Positions 37,297-50,139 of a stretch of DNA of 55,035 bases are shown here, piece by piece. The stretch covers positions 1 to 55,035 of the forward strand of contig NW_021833790.1 in assembly GCF_006345805.1 (NCBI RefSeq). The letters run 5' to 3'. Made by a program: the position numbers and the translations under genes. Numbering within the stretch: position 1 is the stretch's first letter; every line of letters begins with the position of its first letter. The DNA is from Octopus sinensis. Lineage: Eukaryota. Under the pieces are notes generated by a model, which worked only from the letters and a program-made list of their open reading frames with translations, did not search any database and was not told the origin of the DNA.

Positions 37297-39416
37297 ATAT
37301 AGAATCGTCTTGAGATTGCTAAAATGCATTTAGCTTAACAAGGTGGGGCTAGTCTAAGAACTGTATAAGATGTTCCTTCACTCATAGACGTTTCTGAGTG
37401 GAGGGAAATGTGGCTCGTGAATATCACAGAGGTACAGGATTGGCAAAATCGTTAGAGTATCGGGGACCAAATGCCAAGCGATATCCCGTTGTGGTTGTTA
37501 GCTATATTCTGAGTTCAAACCCTGCCGAAACCAACCACTTCTTTTTCTTTTCTTTTCTTTTTTTATCTTGCCAGTCGTAGATAAAATAAAATAACACTAG
37601 TCAAATACTGGAACGTAGATTTCAACGACCGATCGATACTGCTAAGTGTTTCCTAGATCGCTTTCAAGCGAGAAGCTACGACTGAGAATCCAGAACGAAA
37701 TCTTCTTAGTGACGGCTTGCGCTTTAAGGGCAAACAAGAGGCCGGTTGGGTGTGGAAGTTGTAGATCACCACCACCACCACTGACAACAGCAACAAACAA
37801 CACTTCTCAACAGCTATAGTATTTCTTTTAAGGTGCAAAAGACCCCAGGTAATATTAGCTTTCAATGACATTGTGTAAGTTATAGACGAAAGAAAATGAT
37901 AACAAAAGAAAGATTAAAGGGGGGAGAAGGGAAAGAGAAGATAAAGAGAATAAGATAACAGGTAACTCACGTGATTAACTACATTCAGAACTTCCCAGCG
38001 AACACTTGTGTGAACACCATTTTAACGATACTGAAGCTAAACAATTTCTTTTTAATGTGTTAGACTGGTAGATTCGTAAAAGCGTCCGACGAAATGCATT
38101 GTACTATTTTATCACGGTTCTTTACATTCTGAGTTCAAATCTCACTGGGGTCAACTGTTTTTCATCGATAAAGTAAACTATTAGTCAAAGCAAAGGGGTT
38201 GAGATATTCGACTGTAACAGCCTTCCCTCATAAAATATAACCTTATGCTAAAGTTAGATGTGTGTATTACGGGATTATGCTGTCTATTATTAAGACTGTA
38301 ATGAGTTTAGGAAGGGCAAGGAGTTTGCTAATCGCTATATTTTGCAGGTTCGGTTACAATGTACAAGCAACCCCGTGGGTTCATATGTTCTCTATTATGA
38401 AATGTTGTGGGGTGTCGGTGAAGTTTATTCCATTCGGAAAAGTTCGGATGACTAAAAGACATGCAACCCGACTGATTCGTGGTGCAGCTCTCTATTTTAA
38501 ATTTGGTAGGGATTTTTTCGTAATTAAGCTGCTGTTTAGGACATAAAAATTAATATGAAATTTCGATGGAGGATTGAAATTTCGATCACCTTAACTCTTT
38601 TTTCCGCCATATTTCTCTTGAAATACACTGTACAAGCGATCCGGTCCCTATTATAAAAACAGCAAGGAAGTTTGAAAAGGGTGATTTTGCAGACCGCGAT
38701 AACCAGGTCCAATGGTTACACGCCGTTGTAATAATTCGGCAGACTCAATACAGACTAGAATAGGTGTCCCTCGAAGTATTTCTGTTCCACACAATGAAAA
38801 TTACGAATCTGAGAATTTTATTTCCAGAAATTTCAATTGAAAAAAAAAAAAAATTCCTATCCCTATTTCACTTCCTTAATCTTTTCCTTCATCATAAGAT
38901 ATGGAACTTCGAAGACTCCACTACTAAGTGAAGTATGGTCCATATCTTAAAGACAGTAAAAAGTAACTTGTGGGGGGTGGGGGTGGCGGGAGGAGACTGA
39001 GTTGCTATATGGAGCGAGTAGCTTCCGAGAGTATAGAAATGGTGCATAAAATAATACGAGTATTGTGTGTGTGTGTGTGTGTGTTAGATTTTAAGCTTTG
39101 CAATGAAACCTCAGAATTAAAAGCAAGTAAAGAAAAAAGGGGGGGGGGGCAGTAGAAGATTTGGGTGAAATTTCAGTGTAAAATATTAACTTCTTAATAC
39201 GCACATTCCCCACCCTTAACAATAATCAAGATAAAGATTAAGACTGTGAATAATAACCCTTTATTCCTCTAATACCTAGTATCATAAGGTTTATGAGACA
39301 ATTTAGGCCTCAAACTCAAGACGTGTATTACATATGGCATATACACGGGGCTTTCAGCGTGGTTTCGCTACGACAGTATTAGCAGCAGCTGGGCTCTATA
39401 CTACTCGGAGTTTACT

Positions 39417-39802
39417 TTAATCCTTTTATTACCATATTTCTCTTGAAATACGCTGCTTTTGGTTTAATTAGTTTTGAAAATAATAAAGAATTTAGTAAAA
39501 TAACTTTAACATTATTAGGCTGCGGTTTAGTTTTGATAGAGGGTTTTTAAGTAGATCACTTTAAGCCCTTTGTTACCATATTTGTCTCAAAATACGCTTT
39601 TTTGTTTCAGTTAATTTTGAAAATACATAAAACTTTAGTAAAATGGCTTTGTCATAAATTAACACGATGTTTAAGAATATAGATCAACATGAAATTTCGA
39701 TGCAGGGCTTTTTTTTTAATGAAATTCAGATTACTATAAAACAAGAAGCTTGTATCATAGACCCAGAGACGGCCATAGGCAGGCTAGTACCAAAACGGTT
39801 AA
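39417..39802 (+). mobile_element. piggyBac-like (TTAA) MITE: truncated copy plus full copy
   Basis: TTAA at 39417, 39561 and 39799; both copies start ttaa-Ycc(t/c)ttt-Rttaccatattt; fragment with the same junction at 38521-38632. Confidence 0.6.
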
Positions 39803-41024
39803 TACCCTCACAAACACTTATGATTATAAGCTAACGAGAAAGCCTTACTATGGTTTACTCAACTTGTTTTGGAAAAGGACATGTTATATAAAAAAAATAC
39901 AGCCTTGGGTTTCTTGTAGATAAGAAAAAAAAATTTTTTTTAATGGATGGTCACGGCTGGAATGCTTACAATCATAAATCTTTCAAATAAAAGGCGCTGA
40001 ATTTCTAAACTCGCCAGAGAATTGGACAAAATGATTTGCGGTATTTGGTTGCGTTTCCTTTACGTTCTGGGTTCAAATCTGCCAAGGTCAGCTTCACCTT
40101 TCACCCTCCTGGGGTCGATAAAAAAATTAAGCACCAACCAGCCATTCAACTTACGTGCGAATGGAATTTTTGTCTTCTGTTATGATAGAAGACCAAAATA
40201 GGAAGAATACATTATCGATAATGTAGTTCCCTGGTAAGTATAAATGGGACGGTCACAGCTGGAAGGCGTATGATCATAGTTTTGCCCTATCAGAGCCACA
40301 GAGCACAAATAAACATCAACGCAACGACGCGTGTGTGAGTGAGTGTGTGCGTGTACGTATGTGTGTGTATGCAGGTATGTATGCATGTGTGTGTACGGTG
40401 GCCGTCCACTTGCATCCGAGGAAGACTATCGAAGTGATTATCGAAAAAAAAAAAAGTTAGCAGAGTCTGTTGCAGAATTCTACATTTGATCCAAGAAGGC
40501 TTGCAAGAAAGACATCTCAAAGACCCTGTCTGGACCCTCATCCCCTACACGCCTGTTGGCATGGTCCGGAGTAGAATCGAGGCAAGGATATCCTATCCTC
40601 AATAAAACATGGAGGCTTGGCAGTGAGCACATATGCGCTGTGTGTGTGTGTGTGTGTGTGTGTTATTAAAGGCAAGAATGAAATTTTATAAGGATTTAAA
40701 ACGTTTAAAAGGTGTTTTCGTAACTCAACAACGGTCAATGGTTGAAACTTAATAACTGTTATTTAATTAAATTAACCCCAAGACCCAAAATTTGGTGGTG
40801 GTGGTTGTGGTTGGAAACGAAGTAGGTAGGATCAGTCAATCCTTTCAACTGCAGCATTTGACTGGAACAATATTTTATTGACCCCTCGAAAGGATGTAAA
40901 AAAAGAAAACAAAAAACAGGGAGGAGGTGGGTGGCCTCGGCGGGATTTGAACTCAAAACGTATTCAGCAGGAACAGATACTACAAAGACGCTCTATCAAT
41001 TCTGCATTCGCATCGTCATTGCAA

Positions 41025-41278
41025 TAATGGTCCTTTCTACTATAGGCACAAGGCCTGAAATTACGTGGAGTGGGGGAGCTAATCGGTTAAATACCGACGC
41101 CCCCTCCGCCACCAGTGTGCAACTGGTACTTATTTCATCGACCACCACCCCACCCGAAATTGACGAAAGGCAAAGTCAACCTCAGCGGAATTTGAACTCA
41201 GAGCGTAAAGACGGACGAAATGCCGCTAAACATTATTTGTCCAGTATCTTCTTAACGATTCTGCAAGATCGCCGCCTT
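41025..41278 (-). mobile_element. SINE family B, near full length
   Basis: ctactataggcacaaggcctgaaat...gaaaggcaaagtcaacctc...ttctgcaagatcgccgcc. Confidence 0.8.
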
Positions 41279-42062
41279 TCTGCTCTTGTAATAAATAACA
41301 AAATAATGATTTCAGTGATAGCTGTTGTTGCTTGACCCTCGGTCAGACCTGATTTAACCGATTTATGAACGAAGAAATTCCAGCTGTGGCCATCCATACT
41401 AAGTCTTCTTATTGATCAGTGATCACATTTTTCCAATGTGTTCTTGATTAGCAAGGCGACAGATTACGATTTGAGGGAAATATGGTCGCTATTTCTAGAA
41501 GTCTGGCCTACCACGTACAGGCTATTTTGGTTGGTATAAAAAATTTAATGATTTCCAAAATGGGCACAAGGTCACAACGTTTTTTTGGTAGCGGGAGGGT
41601 TGGGGGATGCGTGAAATCGATTAACCATATTTCAATATTTGATTGATTCTTTATTTTATCAACCTTCAAGGAAAAAAAAAAAGATAATCTCGACCGCGGC
41701 GAGATTCGAAATCGCGTCTCCAGGTCGGTGTTAAGAACGTCGGTCGGACAAAAACGTCTTACATGCAGTGTTCGTTGCAGCTCTTTAACTGTAAAGTTAA
41801 ATTTAGCTTCGGCGGGATTTGAACTCCCTGATCAAAACCCAGCCGAGGTTGGCTTCGTATTTCGCCGTTCTGGGTCGATCTTAATCAATCACCGAACCGT
41901 GCCAACATGTAAGGGGGTTAAAATATAGTTTACTAGTGCCCGAAATCATTGCCCTGACGAGGGGCTCCGAGAACGGGTAAAGAGGACACATTGCTTGTTA
42001 GGTGAAAACACTGCCGTTAGTTCAATGCTATCTAACACACATTGCCAACACACACACACAGA

Positions 42063-42099
<37 letters not shown>

Positions 42100-42939
42100 A
42101 AAACACACACACGCACATCTATCTATCTGTCTATCAATCTATCAAAAGACACATACACACACATACACACACGTATGCACGCACAACGATCCAATTCACT
42201 GACATAAACACAGTATCTCTAAATGCAGTCACACACACACACACACACACATATAGACACAAACGTATACACATATACACATCCTATCTATACCTAAATA
42301 TACAAGCACACACACACACACACATACACACGCATGCAGACATACACATTTACACACACACACATATATACTAGTATATAACACATATACACACACAGAC
42401 GTATATACACATACATTTTGTACACACGCAATATACACGTCTACACACACATGATACATACACACACACATACATATAATGCATACACACGTATATGCAC
42501 AAAGTTTGCTTTAAATAAAGTATATATAAATGTATATACATGCGCGTATATACATGATAAATGCGTGTACATGCATACAGATGTATACACACACATTATA
42601 CACGCGTTTACACACATGCAGGCCTATATGTAGTCTCCTGTAATATGTATCAAATGCTAAGATAAGCATTGAGGGAAGCTGGCGAATCGGTTTCGATTTT
42701 TCATCTGGAAAAAACGATTTTGATTCGCATCACTTCAGATTCGATTTTACTTCGATTACCGAGGCTAAGCCACTTCAAAGCAACGGACAGTGGGAAAAAC
42801 GCATGAGTATCACCACTTCTTCCCCCACCCCCTCCCCGGTTCCTGTCATGCGGAAAGGAACGATTATCACATTCTAGATAACCCTCCCCCCACCCACCCA
42901 TATACACACACAGTGGCTGGGAACCGCTTTGTGGTCGCA

Positions 42940-43450
42940 CGACCTGCTAGAAATAGAGGCAATGAAATCGTAAATAAAGTCACACACTACGGTCGTTCAA
43001 AAACAGAAAAAAAAAAACGAGGGAAGGACGTATTGAATATATGAAGTCCCTGATATGGAAAAATTAGGCTCGGTGGTCACGGTTGGAACATCTTTGATCA
43101 GGACTGATCTGGATTAAACCAACAATATTTTATAAAATATAAGTTTAAAGAAAAAAAAAAGGCCCCCGCGACTGCAATGCATTTTAAAAAAGAAATGCAT
43201 GAATGTCATTGCATCACATATACGAACGAGCACCTTAGACTATCTGCCAACGAGATCTCGATGTGGTTGGATCGATTTTCTAGAAACAACAGCTAAATTT
43301 TCCTCAGATCAATGCCACTAATAAATAAAGGAAGGACACTTTTCTTACTGTAATCCTAGATATACTTGTAACAAAATGAGGTGGTCATGGTTGGAAATAT
43401 CTTTGGCAATGTCTCCTACCTCACGGGTGACCTTGGGTTAAAAAAACAAC
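42940..43450 (+). mobile_element. Family C repeats, two diverged units
   Basis: cctgctagaaatag...ggtggtcacggttggaacatctttgatc; ctagaaacaacagctaaatttt...gtggtcatggttggaaat...gaccttgggtta. Confidence 0.6.
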
Positions 43451-45806
43451 AGTCCATGATTTTTTGGTTCTATGTTGATGGAAATAAATAGTGTAGATTT
43501 TAGTACACGTTTTGGTACGCGGCAAGTCTATCGAGTAGGATAGGTGACACGGTTTCGATTCCCAGACGAGAAACTATATTCATTATAGTTACAGCATAAG
43601 GGGTTTTTTTTGCCAAGCCATTTAAACTGCAATTTCCAAATATAGGAAGCAGTCTGCCTTGAAAAGAGGGTCACATATATATATACTTATACAAACAGAC
43701 ACGGACCCGCACAAATACAATACACACACACATGCATACATTTCTATAGCCGCAGGCACAGTTGTATGGTCAAGTTTGTTACGAAAACCACGTGGGTGAT
43801 GATGGGTTCGATTCTACAGCACAGCAGCTTGGCTTGGCTAAGATTATACTATAATAACCAGGTTGTTTATAGGATGTATGGGTGCTGTCTGTGTGTAAGT
43901 GTTTATAAATTAATATCGTAAATCGGACAATGTTTATATATATATATATAGAGAGAGGTGTGTGTGTGTGTGTTTGTATGTGTATATGTGTGTGTGTGTG
44001 TTTGTATGTGTATATGTGTGTGTCTTCCTTTATGTCCCGTATTAATCAATGTCTCTGGGTATATATGTATATCTCTTGCTATATCCGTGTAAATGCTACT
44101 ATGTACCCAAAGTACGGGAGATAAAGTTAAGCTTCAGTTATCAGTTTTAACAATAATAACATCAACAAGAACTGAAGACACACACACACATACATACATA
44201 CACATACATATATATATAACCACACGCGATCAGGAAAAACGTACACTTTAATATGTATGTGTTTTGTGTGTGTGTGCATATATATATATACGTATACATG
44301 TATGTGTACGTGTGTGTGTGCGCTAGGGTCAGCACACGCATGTATCACAGACACACACACACACTGGATTAAACTTGCACACAATAAACGTTGTTTATAT
44401 ATATATTATATACTCATGCATGTGTGTGTGTGTGTATGTGTGTGTAACATACTACTCATATATACATAAAGCCACACACACACACACACACATACATATG
44501 ACAATAGCTTAAAGTAACTAAAAAACTACTCGCATCACACATTGTACTTACATACAATACACACTCCGACATACATACATACATACACACGTACATAGAT
44601 AAACATACATACATACACACGTACATACATAAACATACACACATACATACATACATACGTAGGTATATATTTAACGAAACCTATGTCTTATACATAAACC
44701 TTATTACACGTTTTATGCGCAAACGTACATAAAATATCTTGATCTTCACTAACAATCATATTTACATACAATCATATATATGTACATATAACCACATATA
44801 TATATATAACATGTTTATGAAACTAAAAGGCTTTGTTTGAACTTACCTTGGGGTTCATCAAGTATTAGATTCCATGAAAGCGAATAGAAAGCCAAGCAAA
44901 ACAATATATATGTAAATAAAATATATTATATTATATTATATTATATAAATATATATATAATATATATAAACACTGAATATATATATATATATATTATATA
45001 CACACTTATATGTGTGTGTTTATATACAGATGTGTTTGTATGTATTTATATATACAGATGTGTGTGTTTGTTGTCTGTGTTATTGTGTGTATGTGTATAT
45101 ATATATATATATATATATAAATCCCTTTAAATTTCCAAGTAAGACTCCAAAAGGCAGACAATGCTTGGTTTTTCTTTACACTCCTGCATAAATGCTCCTG
45201 TGTGTGAGTGTAAGTCTGTATAGAGAGTGACTGTGAGAACAGGCAGGCATCATAAGCTAACTGCTCAATCTATGTGAGTGACGGTGTCTGCCGCTTGTGA
45301 GTGTAGGTGTGAGTGAGTGTAGTGTGTGTACTGTGTAAGTGCGTGTAGTGTGTGTAGTGTGTGTGTGTGTGCGTGAGAGTATGAGTGTTTGAGAACGAGT
45401 GACAGAGTGAGGGAGGTAGTGGTTGGTTGGTTGGTTGGTTGGTTGAAATTAAGTGTGTGTGAGACGGCGGAAGACTGACAGTGTCCGCCGCACTATCTCT
45501 TCCTCTCTCTCTCTCTCTCTCTCCCTTTCTTTCTCTCTCTCTCTATCAGTTTATCTTTTGTGTGTGTGTGTGTGTGGTGTGTGAGAACTAAAGAAAGTGT
45601 GTGCGAGGGAAGGAATGAAGGGCTGAGAGTTAGAGGGTAAAAATGTGCGGTGGGAAGGGAGAAGTAGATAGAATGTGTGTGAGAGAGAGAGAGAGGCAGG
45701 GTGTGAGTGCCCACCTCTGTCTGTCCTGTCTGTCTGTCCATCACTCTGTGAGGAAAGTGAATGTGTGTGTGTGTGAAGAGGGTGTGTTAGTAGCCGCTAC
45801 TCACTA

Positions 45807-45852
<46 letters not shown>

Positions 45853-45916
45853 AGTATGAGTGAAAGGAAAAAAGCAAACTAGCCGTATCTCTCTCTCTCT
45901 TTCTCTGTGTGTGTGT

Positions 45917-45947
<31 letters not shown>

Positions 45948-47547
45948 AAGCGTGAAGAAAGAGTATGTGAATGAGAAGTTGTTCCTCTCTCTCTCTCTCT
46001 TTCTCTTTCTCTTACTCTTTCTCTGAATGTGTGTCAGTGAGGGAAAGACAGAGAGAAAGAGAATGAAAGAATATGTGTGTGTTGTAGTCTGTGTGTGTGT
46101 ATGTGTATGTGTGTTTGTGTGTATGTTTGCGTGTGTGTGTGAATGAAAAGAAGCGTGCGGGCATGTATGAGTGAATGAGTGCCGGCGGTTAAAGCGCGCG
46201 CGTGTGTGTGTGTGTGTGTATGTGTACGTCTGTGTGTATGCGAGTGTATCGTAATCAGTGGTCTGTGTGTGTGTGTGTATTACAATCAGTAGTGTGTGTC
46301 TGTGTGTGTATGTAACTTATAGTCTCTCTCTGTTATTATCTCTATCTCTTACTCTCTCTCTTTCTCTCTCTCTCTCTCTGTATCCCTTTGATTATCTCTC
46401 TCTCTCTATCTCTGTGTCTGTGTGTTCGTTAGTTGACAGTCAGTCGAAGAAGCCCAGTTGGAGCGGGGTTTATTTTTTGTAGCCGGTCATTTTCGTGTTG
46501 TGTTGTATATAATAGCCAGTGGTATACACATTATTATACTACTCGTGTATGTTGTTGTTTTCGCTGTTATTCAATTATTCAACCTCGTATCATACCTGAT
46601 CGAGCGGACCTATACCCAAGGTGTTCCAGTCGCGACCACCCTCACTCTAATGAATATCACGGACCACATTATCCTACAAGTTCTTCATTTATTTTAAATG
46701 TGATTTAAGGAGATTTAGCTGCTATTTCTAACAAACCGCAAGACCTACGTAGAAGACAGGCTTCCCCGTTTGGCTCTGCACGGATCGGTGTGTTGTGTTG
46801 TACTGTGTTATGTTGTGTTGTTTGTTGTAACCAGTGACAATGTATTGTCGTACCTGTAGTGTCATGTATCATAGCCAGTGGCGAAAATATTTCAGCATCT
46901 TTCCGTTAGTGCTGTAGTATTGTATGCTAGGAATATTTTTTGCTACTGTTTAACCCCAGGTTCGTTTTTAACGAGCTGATCTCTTATCGAAGCTATTCCA
47001 TGTCTAACCAACCCGTCGTTTTTCTGCTTATGTGCAGCGAAACAAGGACCATAACAATATCCAGCATGCCATTCTTTACTAAGACAACAGGGCATGCTTT
47101 GAAGGAAGATTTGACTGTTATTTCTTACAAATCGAACTACAACATAGAGCCTCACATTACAGCCAACGATCTTACGTGTTGTGCAGTTTATTGTAGCCAC
47201 TGGTGGAGCATTATAGTATTGCAGTATTGTAGTCCGGTTACACTTGTTGTTTAACCTTCAACTTGCAGCCGACCTAATGATCAACGACGTTCTTACCGTG
47301 ACCATCTCGTCCTAATTTCAGATATTGTCTATCTAGCACTACATTGTACGGTGTGTCCTTTCCTAGTTACCTATGGTGGTGGTGGTGGTGGTGTGCCGTT
47401 CCTATGATTGTTGTTTGATGTGTTGGGTATTGTAAGGAGATGGCGGCGTCGCTGCAATGTAATGGCGTGTGTGGTTAAGGCGATGTATGCGTGTATATGT
47501 TGTATGTTATAGCCCAGGGTTGGTGGTCCTACGATGTGGAGAGAGAA

Positions 47548-47595
<48 letters not shown>

Positions 47596-47764
47596 TGTTC
47601 GATTGCTTATTATAGCTGCAGAAATTAATTAACCTTATTCAGGTTCTCTTCTAAGGACGTTCCAGCTATGACCATCCCGTCTTTCATTCAGAACATTTGT
47701 GGTGTGACGTTATTTAGTGCCGTTTATAGAAGTTTTTGTTCTTTTTTCGTTTTTGTAATAACCT

Positions 47765-48425
47765 TAAGGTCAGTTGTAACTGAGCAGACGACTTAAGATC
47801 AAAAGTGTCCCGGCCGTGACCATCCCATGGAGAAGTTAAGACGTAATGTTTAATACTAAATGAACAAACGGTTTATGATCAAAGACAGCCCGGCCATGCC
47901 CTTCCTATGGAGAAGTTGTTTATTATTACATGAAGTCAATACTGATTGAGTGGATGGTTTATGATCAAAGGCGTCCCAGCCATGACCGCTGCGTGGAGTT
48001 GTTAGTTATAACGCAAGGTCGATACCGACTGAGCAGACGGTTTATGGTCAAAGGCGTTCCGGCCATGACCAACCCGTGGAGAAGTTATTTATTGTAACAT
48101 AAGATCAATATCGATTACGCAGACGACTTATGATCAAAGGCGTCCCAGCCGTGACCATCCTATGGAGAAGTTTGTTATAATGCAAGGTTGATTACTGACT
48201 GATAAACGGTTTATGATCAAAGGCGTCCGAGCCGTGACCATCCTGTGGAGAAGTTTGTTATAATGCAAGGTTGATCACTGACTAGCAAACGGTTTATGAT
48301 CAAAGGGGTCCCGGCCGTGACCATCCCGTGGAGAAGTTATTTGTAACAATGTAAGATCAATCAATACTGACTGGGTATACATACCGCTTATGATTAAAAT
48401 CGTTCCGGCCATGACCATCGCGTCT
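47765..48425 (-). repeat. Tandem array of eight 80-94 bp units derived from the family C 3' end
   Basis: gatcaaa anchors at 47797, 47877, 47963, 48046, 48132, 48215, 48298, 48392. Unit ~ gttRtttgttataatgcaaggtcaatactgactgagcagacggtttatgatcaaaggcgtcccggccgtgaccatcccgtggagaa. Confidence 0.9.
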
Positions 48426-48720
48426 TTTCGTATTTCAGCGGAATACATTGTCTAATGCGTCCGTCTCCCTATGTATTTATTTATTTTATTTTATTTATTT
48501 ATTTTATTTTATTTTATTTATTTATTGGAAGATGGTTGTGTGTTGTTTTGAAGGGAAATTTATTTATTAGCTTCGTGTTTGCTTTCTTGAACAATTTTTC
48601 GGAGTATTGTGACAGCTTCGATGTTTGTTGTGCTGTGTGCAGTAAACTGTTCTGTGTACGTGTGTGCGTGTTTGTATGCAAGTGTGTGTGTGTGTTTGTA
48701 TGCAAGTGTGTGTGTGTGTG

Positions 48721-48760
<40 letters not shown>

Positions 48761-48876
48761 TGTGTGCAAATGCATGCTTGTAGGTGCTTATGTGTTCGTG
48801 GGTATAATATGCTTTTATGTATGTTTGCGTTTTCTGTGCTGTGACTAGTTGTGTGAGCAATGTACATATATATATA

Positions 48877-49070
48877 TATAGTATTGGTAGTGGTACTGTA
48901 GTGTAATGCAGTTGTGGATTGTGTTGTAGTGCATGTTGTAGTATCATTGGTTGTGTACACAGGATTGTGCTGCAGTATATGCGGTAGTGTTAGTGTTATG
49001 TGTACATGAGTAATGTTGTAGTACCAGTGGCGATGTGTTGGTAAAGTTATTTTAGTGGTACTGTATGTGA
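48877..49070 (+). repeat. ~194-bp GT/GTA-rich direct repeat, second copy at 50495-50688
   Basis: About 95 percent identity by eye. Confidence 0.9.
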
Positions 49071-49085
49071 CATATATATATATAT

Positions 49086-49268
49086 GGTACTATTAAGAAA
49101 AGTTTACTCGCGTATTCGCGCATCCGCGCTAGCTAGTCGTGACTAGTCGATCCTACAACGGCTACCCTAGCAAAGTAAATAAAACAAAAACAAAGCAAGG
49201 ATCGACTAGTCACGACTAGCTAGCGAGTACGCGAGTGCGCGCACCGGAACCGCTCTTCTTAAATAGCA

Positions 49269-49270
<2 letters not shown>
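49086..49270. mobile_element. 185-bp CpG-rich fold-back MITE inserted in (TA)n
   Basis: TIRs ggtactattaagaaaag / ctcttcttaaatagcacc; perfect internal 28-bp IR at 49127-49154 / 49198-49225. Confidence 0.9.
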
Positions 49271-49304
<34 letters not shown>

Positions 49305-49428
49305 TAGTGTTGGTGTGTGTGTGTATATATATACGTGTGTACGTTATGTCATATTGAGTATGTGTGCATGTGTGCTGTTTCGTTGCAACAATGTGTGTGT
49401 CTATATTATGTCCAGTGGTGTCTGTGTG

Positions 49429-49500
<72 letters not shown>

Positions 49501-49729
49501 CTGGTTCGTGTCCAGTACAATGTATGTGTGTGTGTGTTGTCATTGCGGTGGGGGGTGGGGGTGCGTGAGGAGGCTGTTCTGTATTTGTAACCAGTACATT
49601 TGTTAAGCCGAAAGAATTGTTTTTAAATTGTTGTTTAACCACAGGTCGTCCACTACCGAGTAGACAATGATACTATAATCAAAAACGTTCCAGGCCTCAT
49701 CATGTTTCATTTTTATATTTATAGTCAAC

Positions 49730-49746
49730 ATCATCATCATCATCAT

Positions 49747-49800
<54 letters not shown>

Positions 49801-49807
49801 TATTATC

Positions 49808-49862
<55 letters not shown>

Positions 49863-49880
49863 ATTATTATTATTATCATC
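49730..49880. repeat. (CAT)n(CAC)n(CAT)n(AAT)n(ATT)n trinucleotide run
   Basis: Direct reading; the (AAT)n and (ATT)n blocks are mutually complementary. Confidence 0.95.
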
Positions 49881-49887
49881 ATTATTA

Positions 49888-50104
49888 GGGCAGCGAGCTG
49901 GCAGAGTCGTTAGCACGCCGGGCGAAATCCTTAGCCGTATTTCGTCTGTCGCTACGTTCTGAGTTCAAATTCCGCCGAGGTCGACTTTGCCTTTCATCCT
50001 TTCGGGGATCGATGAAATAAGTACCAGTTACGCACTGGGGTCGATGCAATCGACTAGTCCCCTCCTCCAAAATTTCAGGCCCCTTGTGCCTATAGTAGAA
50101 AGAA
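49888..50104 (+). mobile_element. SINE family B, full length
   Basis: A-box-like TGGCAGAGTCG, B-box GAGTTCAAATTCC, then gaggtcgactttgcctttcatcctttcgggg...aagtaccagt (Nin/Deu-like domain from recall). Confidence 0.92.
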
Positions 50105-50107
50105 TTA

Positions 50108-50139
<32 letters not shown>

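Noticed and set aside
41945-41980. CTGACGA GG GGCT CC GAGAAC
   Set aside because: Two-bp stem II and no GAAA core; the alternative type II parse leaves only 8 nt for two helices.
47800-48340. Twister-ribozyme-like words (GTCCCGGCC...GTGGAG) in the array unit
   Set aside because: The UAA/P2 5' strand and the GGG partner for the UCCC pseudoknot are missing. An Infernal scan with twister models would settle it.
47765-48425. CRISPR-like look (conserved ~45 bp plus variable ~35-40 bp)
   Set aside because: The putative spacers are homologous to each other (two nearly identical), the unit matches a dispersed host repeat, and there are no cas genes.
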